A stretch of DNA of 64,000 bases. Source: an uncultured Acidobacteriota bacterium. GTDB taxonomy: Bacteria > Acidobacteriota > Terriglobia > Terriglobales > Acidobacteriaceae. This document shows, one piece after another, positions 54,570 through 63,637 of the stretch (position 1 is its first letter; each line of letters starts with the position of its first letter). Under the pieces are notes generated by a model. The model was not told the origin of the DNA, did no database searches, and worked only from the letters and a program-made list of their open reading frames with translations. A program made the translations under genes and the position numbers. The stretch covers positions 110,698 through 174,697 of the forward strand of contig CAVUKX010000017.1 in assembly GCA_963742165.1 (NCBI GenBank), written 5' to 3'.

Positions 54570-54953
54570 TCAGTTGCAGCCTGAATTGTACTTCCCCTTC
54601 GCGCAGGTAGTGCCCTTGGGGCCTGTCGCCACACCCTTGCCATTCTTGGTCTTGGCTTCGCTACCACCGGTGGTGTGAGTCGTCTTTACCCCGTTCTCAT
54701 TCGTCTGCGAAACAGCACCTCTGCCTGTGTTTGGGTTGTATTTCGCTTCGCCGCCGGTGTTGGTCTGAACCGTCTTTACCCCGTACTCATTTGTTTGGGA
54801 GACAGCAGCTTTGCCCGTGTTTGGGTTGTATGCGGCGCCACTCTGACCATTGTTGCAAATGGTCTCACCACGCAGGTTTTTGTAGCAATCGTCCGCATAC
54901 AGGGCCGAAGCGAACAACATGCATGCCATCATCGATAAAACTTTGATTTTCAT
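54570..54953 (-). CDS. Small secreted protein with an internal tandem repeat and terminal Cys pairs
   Basis: Signal peptide MKIKVLSMMACMLFASALYA. Repeat YNPNTG(K/R)(A/G)AVSQTNE(Y/N)GVKT..T(N/T)GG(E/S)EAK occurs twice. Cys at DDCYKNLRGETIC and TTCAKGKYNSGCN. Confidence 0.6.
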   Translation of the reverse strand: MKIKVLSMMACMLFASALYADDCYKNLRGETICNNGQSGAAYNPNTGKAAVSQTNEYGVKTVQTNTGGEAKYNPNTGRGAVSQTNENGVKTTHTTGGSEAKTKNGKGVATGPKGTTCAKGKYNSGCN

Positions 54954-55058
54954 TTTTCCTGCCTATTCTGTGTTCGCCATTATTCTCCGCTCTTTTCAGT
55001 TCAGGTGCGCTACTCCGGTACTTTGTCGATCTAATCCCAATGGGACACTTCGGAACCA

Positions 55059-55364
55059 TTAATGGATCATCCCGCATACGATCATTTTGTCGACGACTTG
55101 GTCGGCGGCAATGCTAACGAATTCGTGGCGCATTTCCGTATCGGTGCGCAGCAGTTCCAAGAGTTTCTGCTCTGCCGGTAACATGGGCATGTTCGTGTGC
55201 TGGGCTTGTTGCTGCCTCAACTGCTCGCAACTGGACGTCTGGTAATGCTGGGCCACCTTGGTGGCCACAGCATCCAGCATCGGGTGCTGGCCCTGCTGTG
55301 CAGCGGCGACAGTGACGTAGAGCAGCGCGAGCGCCGCTGCTACCAGATACGAATGCTTCTTCAT
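55059..55364 (-). CDS. Small secreted hypothetical protein
   Basis: Signal peptide MKKHSYLVAALALLYVTVAAAQQ, helical Gln-rich body, 101 aa. Confidence 0.5.
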   Translation of the reverse strand: MKKHSYLVAAALALLYVTVAAAQQGQHPMLDAVATKVAQHYQTSSCEQLRQQQAQHTNMPMLPAEQKLLELLRTDTEMRHEFVSIAADQVVDKMIVCGMIH

Positions 55365-55645
55365 GTTCTTCTCCCTTTCTCGTGTTCGAGATGTATAACC
55401 GTCCCATTCAAGGCTCAGAATGAGGAGGTGTTTGCATTACCGGTATCCGCGAACGATAGTCCTCAGGGTTCCAAGCATCGTGTCGTACCGGTAACTGCCA
55501 AAATTGGCAAATCCGGCGTGGAGTATGGTGGCATAGTGTTTCGGCCGCAACTGTCTAAACTGACAGGCTATCCAACGAACGACTCTCTCACTCCTGGATT
55601 GGGTCCGCTTGCCACCGGTTGTCCCCGGCTAATGGGCAATCTAAA

Positions 55646-55666
55646 AGCTATCCCAAAGGGATAGCT
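55646..55666 (-). terminator. Candidate terminator downstream of lptB
   Basis: Perfect 9-bp stem AGCTATCCC / GGGATAGCT with a 3-nt loop. On the minus strand it is followed by TTTAG. Lies about 70 nt after the lptB stop. Confidence 0.4.
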
Positions 55667-55672
55667 GGAAGT

Positions 55673-55711
55673 AACAGGGCAAGGCACTCACGATCCCAAG
55701 GCGGAACCGCG
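55673..55711. repeat. Island-specific repeat, type 2
   Basis: AACAGGGCAAGGCACTCACGATCCCAAGGCGGAACCGCG. Collinear with 49878..49917 (CAGGCCAAGTAACTCACTATCCCCGAAGCGGAACCGCG). Confidence 0.7.
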
Positions 55712-55734
55712 TGCAGTGTGCCTTCGTAGCGCGG

Positions 55735-56463
55735 TTATACCAGCGTAAAGCTCTCGCCCAGGTAAACGCGCTTGACTTCGGGGTCGTTGCCGAGTTGCTC
55801 GGGCGTGCCGGTGCGGAAGATGCGGCCTTCGTTGATGATGTAGGCGCGGTCCACCACCGAGAGCGTTTCGCGGACGTTGTGGTCGGTGATGAGGACTCCG
55901 ATGCCGCTGTCCTTGAGGGCGAAGATGATCTTCTGCAGGTCGAGCACGGCGATGGGATCGATGCCGCTGAACGGCTCGTCAAGCAGAATGAAGCTGGGAC
56001 TGATGCAGAGGGCGCGGGCGATTTCCACCCGGCGGCGTTCGCCTCCGCTGAGCGCATAGCCCTTGTTCTTGCGGATGTGGGCCAGGCCAAGCTGGTCGAG
56101 CAGGGCTTCCATCTTGGTGCGGCGCTCCTCCCAGTTGGAGCTTTGCGTCTCCAGCACGGCCAGGATGTTCTCCTCCACGCTGAGCTTGCGGAAGACCGAG
56201 GCCTCCTGGGGAAGGTAGCTGATGCCATGCTGCCGGGCGCGCAGATACATGGGAACGTCGGTGATCTCGGTGTTGCCGATCATGACGCGTCCGCTGTCGG
56301 GCGGGATAAGCCCGACGATCATGTAGAAGCTGGTGGTCTTGCCCGCGCCATTCGGCCCCAGCAGCCCCACCACCTCGCCCTGGTGCACCGTGAGCGAGAC
56401 TCCGTTGACCACGCGGCGGCCGCGATACGATTTGGCGAGCTCTTCAGTGGATAGCGTCTGCAT
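55735..56463 (-). CDS. lptB: LPS export ABC transporter ATP-binding protein
   Basis: [82 protein letters not shown]. Confidence 0.9.
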   Translation of the reverse strand: MQTLSTEELAKSYRGRRVVNGVSLTVHQGEVVGLLGPNGAGKTTSFYMIVGLIPPDSGRVMIGNTEITDVPMYLRARQHGISYLPQEASVFRKLSVEENILAVLETQSSNWEERRTKMEALLDQLGLAHIRKNKGYALSGGERRRVEIARALCISPSFILLDEPFSGIDPIAVLDLQKIIFALKDSGIGVLITDHNVRETLSVVDRAYIINEGRIFRTGTPEQLGNDPEVKRVYLGESFTLV

Positions 56464-58769
56464 TAGCGGGAAACGTGGGTGTGAGTGACGGACCGGGTGG
56501 AGTCACTGCCCTCGACGACCACCCTATCATCGTGGTTGTAGAAGGTCAACGAATCGCCCCGGACGGTGCCGTTGACCGGGTCGCTCAGCACGGGCGAGCC
56601 TCCGGTCATCACATAGGTTCCGGTGGAGGCCTGGTAGACCAGTTTTTCGCCTTCGGCGCGGCGCCCCTGCTGCTGCACCAGCACGTGGGTGATGGCAATG
56701 ATGTGATCCAGCTGGCTGGGGCCGGCCGTGCCCGGTTTGGCGCCGGCCGGACTCAGGAAGACATCCGCCTTCGCCGCCGTCATCACGCCGTCTTCGCTTT
56801 TGGCCGTCACTCCGCCCGAGTAGTGGGCCTGGCGGTCGTTGTCGGAGTAGTTCAGCTTGGGCGCCGTAACCAGCATGGTGGAGGACTTGCCTTTGGCGTC
56901 CACCTGGGCAAACCAGCTGCTCACCGGATGCTTCGGGTCTCCCGTGGCCACGAGGGTGCGCGTCTTCTGTTCGAAATCGATCGCCGGCGCCTCCACGATG
57001 TTGGAACCCTGCCAGAGGCGCGCGTTCCCGGTGTAGTGCGCCAGCCCCGACGCTTGCGCGGCATTCATCGCCTTGGCGGTGACGTGCACGGGATCGGAGT
57101 TGGCCAGCAGCGCTCCGTTGGGCTGGACCGTCAGTTCGCTGTAGGTGCTCTTGACGTTGCCGGTGGCAAACATCTCGCCGCTGGTTTTTCCGCTTTCGCC
57201 GCGCAGCAGACGAATGTTGTCGGCCACCACGGTGGTGCCGCCATCGACCACGCGCGGGTCGCCCACCAGGGTCATCGAGTCATCCAGAGGCGTATAGGTG
57301 GCGCGCGCCGCCCAGGCGCGCCTGCCGCCCGGCTCGTCCTTGGAACTCTGCGCCTCCTTGTAGCGGAAATCGCCCTCCTGCACGGCGCGCGTGATCTCGC
57401 CCGCTGGGCTGAAGTCGGCGACCAGCGTCTCGCTGGTGCTCACCTTGTCGGGCTCGCCCGGAGCGCGGCGGGTGACCTGGACTGCGCCACGGCCATGCAC
57501 GGTTTGCAGCCGGTTCTGCTCGCCAAAGTCGGCGGTGAAGTGCTGGGCGTCAATGACGGAGTCACCCGGCTGCTTGGGGTCGGCCGAGCGGGTGATCAAC
57601 TCGCCCGGTCCGCCAGTCTCCGCCGAGGACAACTGCTGCTGCTCGTTCATGGCAAACGTCATTGCGTCGGAGGTCATCGTCATCGCCTGGGGATTTTTGC
57701 TGCCGGGGCGCGGGGCCTGCCGCAGAACCGTCCCCTGGCTGGCGTAGATGGTCTGCAGGCGCGCTTGCGCGTCGCCGTGCGCCTTGGGCTTTGCGCCCTC
57801 GGCCACAAACTGCATCCGCATCTCGCCCGAGTGTCCCGACGCCAGCTGCCTGGCCGACTCGAAGTCCACTCCTCCGGTGAACAGCGCCGACTCGATCAGG
57901 TTTTGAGCGCCGAGCGTCAGTTCGCCCTTGGGGGCGCGCAACTGCATTCCCGCGGCATCGCTCAGGCGGACGTTGCCCGTGGCGTTCACCCGTTGCACGG
58001 AATTGTCCGGGGCCAGATGCACGACGGCGTCGTCGGCCAGCATGGTGCGGCTCTGGGTGGTCATCTGCACGCCCTGCATGGTCACCAGTCGCGGCTCTTT
58101 GGTGATGGTGCCGGAGTGGGCCAGAATGTGGGTCGACTGCTTGCCTTCGGTCTTGATATCGACCGCCGCGTGCAGGGTGAGCTGGTTGTTCTTGGAGTCG
58201 TAGGTCGCCCCGTGCGCCGTCCCAGCCGCCTGCGACAGCTGGAAATCCACCTGGCCATCGCTCTCGGCCACGCCGGTCTTCTGGTTGAAGGTCATCCCCA
58301 CGGCCGCCAGATGGATGGGATTTTTCGCCGCCGACGACGGCGTCCCGGCTTTATCTCCCCCGGCTTTGTCGCCTGTGTCTCCCTGCAAATCGATATGAAC
58401 CAGGCCCTTGGAAACCACCTCTCCGGCCTGCTGGTCATAGTCAAAATCGTCGCCGGAGATCTGGTCGAAGCGGTCGGATTGCTTGCCGTACACAATGATG
58501 TTCACATTGTGCAGTGTGGCGTGGCCGCCCTGCTTGAACTGCGTTGCCTTGGAGGCATGGATGGTGAAGAGCGTGCGGCCGCCCTCGCTCTTCGACATGG
58601 TGAAGCCTTCGCTGGTCTGCTGAATGTCGATGCCGACCTTGCCCGGAAGGTCCCTCAGAGCGCGGCGCAGTTCCATCCGCGCCCGCATGTAGAAGCCGCC
58701 CACCACGGCCACGGCGGCCAGCGCCAGCACGGCAAACCAGATTCGCAGACGAGGGATGGAAAGAGGCAT
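56463..58769 (-). CDS. Giant LptC/LptA-like protein: N-terminal membrane anchor plus several OstA-type beta-jellyroll repeats
   Basis: Trimmed to ATG 58769. Anchor [19 protein letters not shown]. Recurrent LptA-like strands ([82 protein letters not shown]). The stop overlaps the lptB start (TAATG). Confidence 0.65.
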   Translation of the reverse strand: MPLSIPRLRIWFAVLALAAVAVVGGFYMRARMELRRALRDLPGKVGIDIQQTSEGFTMSKSEGGRTLFTIHASKATQFKQGGHATLHNVNIIVYGKQSDRFDQISGDDFDYDQQAGEVVSKGLVHIDLQGDTGDKAGGDKAGTPSSAAKNPIHLAAVGMTFNQKTGVAESDGQVDFQLSQAAGTAHGATYDSKNNQLTLHAAVDIKTEGKQSTHILAHSGTITKEPRLVTMQGVQMTTQSRTMLADDAVVHLAPDNSVQRVNATGNVRLSDAAGMQLRAPKGELTLGAQNLIESALFTGGVDFESARQLASGHSGEMRMQFVAEGAKPKAHGDAQARLQTIYASQGTVLRQAPRPGSKNPQAMTMTSDAMTFAMNEQQQLSSAETGGPGELITRSADPKQPGDSVIDAQHFTADFGEQNRLQTVHGRGAVQVTRRAPGEPDKVSTSETLVADFSPAGEITRAVQEGDFRYKEAQSSKDEPGGRRAWAARATYTPLDDSMTLVGDPRVVDGGTTVVADNIRLLRGESGKTSGEMFATGNVKSTYSELTVQPNGALLANSDPVHVTAKAMNAAQASGLAHYTGNARLWQGSNIVEAPAIDFEQKTRTLVATGDPKHPVSSWFAQVDAKGKSSTMLVTAPKLNYSDNDRQAHYSGGVTAKSEDGVMTAAKADVFLSPAGAKPGTAGPSQLDHIIAITHVLVQQQGRRAEGEKLVYQASTGTYVMTGGSPVLSDPVNGTVRGDSLTFYNHDDRVVVEGSDSTRSVTHTHVSR

Positions 58770-58905
58770 TACCCACTCAGTGTACCCGAGCCACCCGGCC
58801 CCCGCACCAATTCGCAATTACGAATTCAGCTGCGCCCTGCCGTGTGCTCTAAAGGCAATTTGCAATCTGGCGTACTGACGGGGAATTCTAGCCTTGTCCG
58901 CTGAA

Positions 58906-59694
58906 TCACTCCGCATTTTCGGCCTGCTCCTTCTCGAAGAGCGAAGGAGTTTCCCGGAACAGCTCATCCAAAAAACTGTCCCGGTCGTTGACGAAGCGCC
59001 GGACAATCTGCATCGACGCCGTCTCTTCATATTGAACGTCACAGAGCCGCTCTCCGTCGAAGGAAACAATTTGCGCCTCCGGATAGCCCAATAGAACCGG
59101 AGAGTGGCTGGAGATGATGAACTGTGCGTCCTTGTACTTCCGCAGCACATCGTGAATCAGTATTAGGAAGGACAACTGGCGTTGCGGCGAGAGTGCGGCC
59201 TCGGGTTCATCCAAGAGGAATAGGCCATTGCGCCGGAACCTTAAATCCAGCAGCGTCAGGAACGCCTCGCCATGAGAACGGATATGGAGACTACGCCCTC
59301 CGTAGGAGGCACTGATGGGCGGTGCAAAGGACGGCTCCTTGTCGAGGTCGTCCATGTGGGAGACCGTGTTGAAAAAGCTTTCGGCTCTCAGAAAGAATCC
59401 CGCCCCAGTTCGTTTGTCGAACGACAACCGCAGCGCCTGAACCAGCGGGTCAATAGAGTGATTGCTCTCGGTGCAGTCATTGGAGAAATTGCGGTTGCCG
59501 CCTTCACGCCCGAATCCATAGTGGGCAGCGATTGCCTCCAACAAGGTCGATTTGCCAGTGCCGTTCTCTCCCGCGAAGAAACAAACCCGCGACCCCAGCG
59601 TCAGCCGTTCGAGGTTACGGATTGTCGGAACGGAGAACGGATAGCTTTCCCAGTCCTGCACCCGGTCGCGCAATAACGTAATCGTCTTAAGCAT
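58906..59694 (-). CDS. Stand-alone ABC/SMC-type AAA ATPase (AAA_21-like)
   Basis: Trimmed to ATG 59694. FFAGENGTGKSTLLEAIA (Walker A), LFLLDEPEAALSPQRQ (Walker B), ISSHSPVLL. Begins 4 nt after the recJ stop. Confidence 0.7.
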   Translation of the reverse strand: MLKTITLLRDRVQDWESYPFSVPTIRNLERLTLGSRVCFFAGENGTGKSTLLEAIAAHYGFGREGGNRNFSNDCTESNHSIDPLVQALRLSFDKRTGAGFFLRAESFFNTVSHMDDLDKEPSFAPPISASYGGRSLHIRSHGEAFLTLLDLRFRRNGLFLLDEPEAALSPQRQLSFLILIHDVLRKYKDAQFIISSHSPVLLGYPEAQIVSFDGERLCDVQYEETASMQIVRRFVNDRDSFLDELFRETPSLFEKEQAENAE

Positions 59695-59698
59695 GGCA

Positions 59699-61555
59699 TC
59701 ATTCCCCCGCCTTTGCCGCCGACGCTGGCTTGTCCGATACCGCCCCCCTGTAATCGGAAAGCACCAGCTGCAATCCGCCGCCAAAGTCCTTATGTGTGTT
59801 CTGCTCGATCCGGAAGAGCACGTCCAGCGCCGTCCCACCTTCCAGTGGTTCGGCCTCCAGACGGTGCGCCATCCGCCAGCCAAGTGCGTCCAGCCCACGG
59901 GCCATGGCTCCAGCTCCCCCGCTCGCATACCGCCGCAACTTCAGTTTCAGATGCTTCTCGCGCATCACCTTGGGCTCACCCATCAGGGTCGCTCCGCGGG
60001 CCAGAAACACCGGCTCCGGATTGCCCATGCCGAAGGGCTGCAGGCTGCGCAACTGCTCCCAGAGGCGCGGGGTGATCTCGTCCATCGCCAGTTCGGCGTC
60101 ATACTCCAGAACCGGCTGCATTGGCTCCCCAGCCAGCTTGCCACGGGCATAGTCGTTGATGCGCTGCCGCAGCTCGCCTACATGCTGGACGCGCATGGCA
60201 AAGCCCACGGCGTGGGCGTGTCCGCCGAAGCGCAGAAATAGCTCCGGCGCAGACTCCAGCGCATCCAGCAGATGGAAGCCGGGAATCGAGCGGCCCGAGC
60301 CGTGCGCCTCTTCGCCGTCGAGGGCAATCACCACCGCGGGACGGCCAAAGCGCTCCACCACGCGCGAGGCGCAGATGCCGATCACGCCGCGGTGCCATCC
60401 CTCACCTTCCACCACCAGGCAGTGCGCCGCGCGCAGCTCCGCAGACTCCTCGACCTGGCGCAGCACGGCCTCCGAGATGCGCTGCTCCTCCTGCTGACGG
60501 GCCAGGTTGAGCTGGTTCAGCCGGGCGGCCAGCTCCTGCGCCCGCACTCCGTCCTTTACCGTGAACAGCTCCACCACATCTTTGGCCACGTCCATGCGGC
60601 CGGCGGCGTTGATGCGGGGCGCAATGCGAAAGGCGACCTCGGTGGCACTGGGTGCGCGCCGCGGCTGCAGGGCCGAGCCCAGCTCGCAAACTTCCAGCAA
60701 CGCTTCCAGGCCGGGATTCACCACCCGGCTCAGCCCTTGCAAGCCCAGCGCCACCATGGCGCGGTTCTCGCCCAGCAGCGGCACCGAGTCGGCGATGGTC
60801 GCAATGGCCACGATCTTCAAGAACGAAGGAACCAGACGCGCCCGTCCGGCACGCTCCAGCAGCGCCTGCGCCAGCTTAAAGGCCACGCCCGCGCCACAGA
60901 GAAATTTGCAGGGATATCCGCAACCGGGCTGGTTTGGATTGAGCACGGCCAGGGCGCGCGGAACGGCTCCGCTCTGCTCCGCGTTACCGGCAACAAGATG
61001 GTGGTCGGTGACGATCAGGTCCACGCCCGAGCGCTCGGCGGTTTCGGCGGCGGCAAAGGCGCGGATGCCGGTGTCCACGCTGATGATGAGCGTGATGCCG
61101 TTGGCGGCGGCGCGCTCGATCACCTCGTCGCGCATGCCATAGCCTTCCAGCAGGCGGTGCGGCACGTGGAAGTCGCAGCGCCCGCCGAGCAGTTCGATCA
61201 CCGTCTTGAGAATCACCGTGGCCATGGTGCCATCTACGTCGTAGTCGCCGTAGATGAGGATCGCCTCGCGTTGCGCGATGGCGCGCTCCAGCCGTTCCAC
61301 GGCCGGACGCATGCCGAGCATTTCCATGGGGGAGTGCAGTTGATCGAGCGAGGGATGAAGAAAACGGTGGGCGTCTTCCACGGAAGCGATGCCGCGCGCC
61401 ACCAGCAATGCGGCCACAATCTCCGGCAGGTCTAGGGCCGCCGCCAGTTGCTGCCTTAGCTGTGTTTGAGACTGTGTTGGACCCAAGCGGGCCGGGCTTA
61501 CCCGATCCTGTGCCAGCGAATCGCCGCCCGTGGCCGTGCGCAGCCGCCAGCGCAC
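59699..61555 (-). CDS. recJ: Single-stranded-DNA-specific exonuclease RecJ
   Basis: GTG start. ILIYGDYDVDGTMATVIL, ISVDTGI, LIVTDHH, GGHAHAVGF (DHH/DHHA1 motifs). Confidence 0.9.
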   Translation of the reverse strand: MRWRLRTATGGDSLAQDRVSPARLGPTQSQTQLRQQLAAALDLPEIVAALLVARGIASVEDAHRFLHPSLDQLHSPMEMLGMRPAVERLERAIAQREAILIYGDYDVDGTMATVILKTVIELLGGRCDFHVPHRLLEGYGMRDEVIERAAANGITLIISVDTGIRAFAAAETAERSGVDLIVTDHHLVAGNAEQSGAVPRALAVLNPNQPGCGYPCKFLCGAGVAFKLAQALLERAGRARLVPSFLKIVAIATIADSVPLLGENRAMVALGLQGLSRVVNPGLEALLEVCELGSALQPRRAPSATEVAFRIAPRINAAGRMDVAKDVVELFTVKDGVRAQELAARLNQLNLARQQEEQRISEAVLRQVEESAELRAAHCLVVEGEGWHRGVIGICASRVVERFGRPAVVIALDGEEAHGSGRSIPGFHLLDALESAPELFLRFGGHAHAVGFAMRVQHVGELRQRINDYARGKLAGEPMQPVLEYDAELAMDEITPRLWEQLRSLQPFGMGNPEPVFLARGATLMGEPKVMREKHLKLKLRRYASGGAGAMARGLDALGWRMAHRLEAEPLEGGTALDVLFRIEQNTHKDFGGGLQLVLSDYRGAVSDKPASAAKAGE

Positions 61556-61557
61556 GC

Positions 61558-62160
61558 TCAGCGCTCGTCCTCTTCCGGACCGTCGGCCGAGCCGTCGATC
61601 ATGATGCCGCCCAGGTCGTCGGCCATCTCCTGCAGCGCCCGGTAGCCTTCATACCACTCGGTGGAAAGCTCGCAGAGAAACATGAGGCCCTGGTAAGGAA
61701 AGCCCAGCTGGATGAAGCCGGTCCGGCCCACCTGGGCGCGCAGCAGCCGCGCCGTCTCCAAATCGTCCTCGCGGCTCAGGCTGGAACGGCGCAGCTCCGC
61801 CAGGAGAAGGTCCACGTCGTCGCCATCCAATTGCATGGTGTTCATGGTGACGAATGGCGCTCCGCTGGCGCGTGCCAGCTCCAGAAAGTCCTTCCAGCTC
61901 TCGTGCACGTCTTCGGAATCCCAGAGCACGCTGGGCATCTCGTCGGGAATATAGCCGTGGAAGCGCCGCAGCCCCAGTCCCTGGGTAAATGCCTGCATGT
62001 CGTCATGAATGCCGGAAAGGTCTTCGAATATCATCTCTGCTTTTCTAACAAAGGGATCGCCGTCCTGCAATAGCGCCCGTTCATCATACGCCAAGCGACA
62101 GCGGCCATAACACTGCCACAGCCTGTCACTTTCCCGGCGGCGGGTAATCCTGCGGTACAT
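61558..62160 (-). CDS. Hypothetical acidic protein upstream of recJ
   Basis: ORF ends 2 nt before the recJ start. The start is uncertain (62160 or ATG 62034, MIFEDLSGIHDD...). No motif recognised. Confidence 0.45.
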   Translation of the reverse strand: MYRRITRRRESDRLWQCYGRCRLAYDERALLQDGDPFVRKAEMIFEDLSGIHDDMQAFTQGLGLRRFHGYIPDEMPSVLWDSEDVHESWKDFLELARASGAPFVTMNTMQLDGDDVDLLLAELRRSSLSREDDLETARLLRAQVGRTGFIQLGFPYQGLMFLCELSTEWYEGYRALQEMADDLGGIMIDGSADGPEEDER

Positions 62161-62270
62161 GTACCACTGTACCCCGTTCGATCATCCGCCAATTGACGCA
62201 CACCCTGTCCGGTTGCAACCCTAGCCGTAGCAGATTCGCCATGGGATATTTTGCGGCGCAAAGGAGCGGT

Positions 62271-62786
62271 ATGAGAAAACAAGCGGGCTTCTCGATCCTT
62301 GAACTGCTCATCGTGGTGGGCATCATCATCATTGTTGCCGCCATCGCCATCCCCAACCTTCTCAGGGCGCGGGTGGCCGCCAACGAAGCCTCGGCCGTGG
62401 GTTCGCTGCGCGCCATCGACTCCGCCCAGATCGGTTATTTGCAGGTGTATCCGGACTTGGGCACCTATGCCTGCCAGTTGAGCTACCTGGGACCTCCGCT
62501 CGCCGGCGGTCCGGTGAACTCGACCGCCGCGGATCTGATCGACATGCAGCTGGCCAGCGGAATCAAGAGCGGATACAGCTTCTATATGAGCTGCATCCCT
62601 TCGTCCGTCACGGGCAGCACCAGCTACCAGATCCAGGCCGCGCCGGTGGGAGCCAGCATCACCGGCTCCTCCTGCGGCACCAACTATGGCCGATGCTTCT
62701 TCACCGATTCCAACGGCGGCGTCTATCAGCTGAACGGCCCGGGCAGCAGCAACGGCACCGCCTTCAGCCTTTCCCCGATCGGGTAG
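62271..62786 (+). CDS. Type IV pilin / type II pseudopilin-like protein (prepilin N-terminal methylation motif)
   Basis: Trimmed to ATG 62271 (AGGAG upstream): MRKQAGFSILELLIVVGIIIIVAAIAIPNLL, i.e. G|FS(I/L)xE plus a hydrophobic helix. Confidence 0.8.
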   Translation: MRKQAGFSILELLIVVGIIIIVAAIAIPNLLRARVAANEASAVGSLRAIDSAQIGYLQVYPDLGTYACQLSYLGPPLAGGPVNSTAADLIDMQLASGIKSGYSFYMSCIPSSVTGSTSYQIQAAPVGASITGSSCGTNYGRCFFTDSNGGVYQLNGPGSSNGTAFSLSPIG

Positions 62787-62958
62787 AAGATCGCAGGGTG
62801 GCCCGTTCAACCCTCTTTTGGTTGAGCGGGGTAGTTGATTCTGCCCGTCCTCTTTTCCGTCGGCCCGCTATGCCGATTCGGCGGATGACACCCCTTCGCC
62901 GCTCTGTGTTAAAATTGAGTGTTCCCAACGCTCGATCTCACACACCTATATCTATCGT

Positions 62959-63237
62959 ATGATCTTCTCCAAAGAATACGTGGGCTACCTCGCCCGGCAA
63001 ATCGTCAAGCGGTTGCAAGACAATCACTTCATCCAAACCCAGGAACTTGGGAAGGTCACCGAGAGCGTGCAGGCCTCCATGGTCGAAGAGCTGAGCCTCG
63101 AAGACCGCATTAACGACGAGGTGCGCGTCATCCTGGAAGCCTACTCGGACGAGATGCGCAAGAGCGCCGCCAACTACCAGGAGATGTTCAAGCGGGTCAA
63201 GAACGAACTGGTGAAGAAATACAAGGCGGTGCTATGA
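62959..63237 (+). CDS. DUF507-family protein
   Basis: 92 aa: MIFSKEYVGYLARQIVKRL...EDRINDEVRVILEAY. First of an overlapping pair, as is usual for DUF507. Confidence 0.6.
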   Translation: MIFSKEYVGYLARQIVKRLQDNHFIQTQELGKVTESVQASMVEELSLEDRINDEVRVILEAYSDEMRKSAANYQEMFKRVKNELVKKYKAVL

Positions 63238-63509
63238 GACTCTCCCGCGAAAAACTCAACAAGCTTGCCGCTGCCACCACCGAACAGCTCGCCAGCCTCA
63301 AGAATCTGGACTTCCTCGAAGGCTATGACGATATCCGCCAGGAAGTGCGCCGCATCCTCGAAGATCTGTTGGCCGGAGAAGAGAAGCTCGACAAAGCCGC
63401 CCGCATGAAAATCGAGAGCCAGCGCCGCATCATCCCCGAAGGCACTCCCGAGTGGAACATCCTCTACCACAAGTACTACAACGAGGAAGTCAAGAAGCTC
63501 GGCCTCTAG
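63234..63509 (+). CDS. DUF507-family protein (second of pair)
   Basis: 91 aa. ATGA overlap with the previous gene. ..IRQEVRRILEDLL..EKLDKAARMKIESQRR. Confidence 0.6.
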   Translation: MRLSREKLNKLAAATTEQLASLKNLDFLEGYDDIRQEVRRILEDLLAGEEKLDKAARMKIESQRRIIPEGTPEWNILYHKYYNEEVKKLGL

Positions 63510-63534
63510 CTTCGAATCCTCCCATGCTGAAAAC

Positions 63535-63562
63535 AGGCGCCGGCTCGGGCGCCTCTTTTCTT
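63535..63562 (+). terminator. Rho-independent terminator
   Basis: AGGCGCC-GGCTCG-GGCGCCT followed by CTTTTCTT. Confidence 0.7.
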
Positions 63563-63637
63563 GCTTAACACTCGCGATTCCGCTTGAACCAGAGCAGCTT
63601 TCCTCGCAGAATGCCGGAATGCGAGAGAAGGTGCGTC

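Noticed and set aside
56475-58904. 809-aa plus-strand ORF
   Set aside because: Antisense shadow of the LptC/LptA-like gene. Its composition is dominated by Gly/Arg/Ala/His.
63511-63519. TTCGAATCC, resembling a tRNA T-loop
   Set aside because: The flanking bases cannot form a T-stem or an acceptor stem, and no cloverleaf can be drawn. I found no tRNA or rRNA genes in the window.
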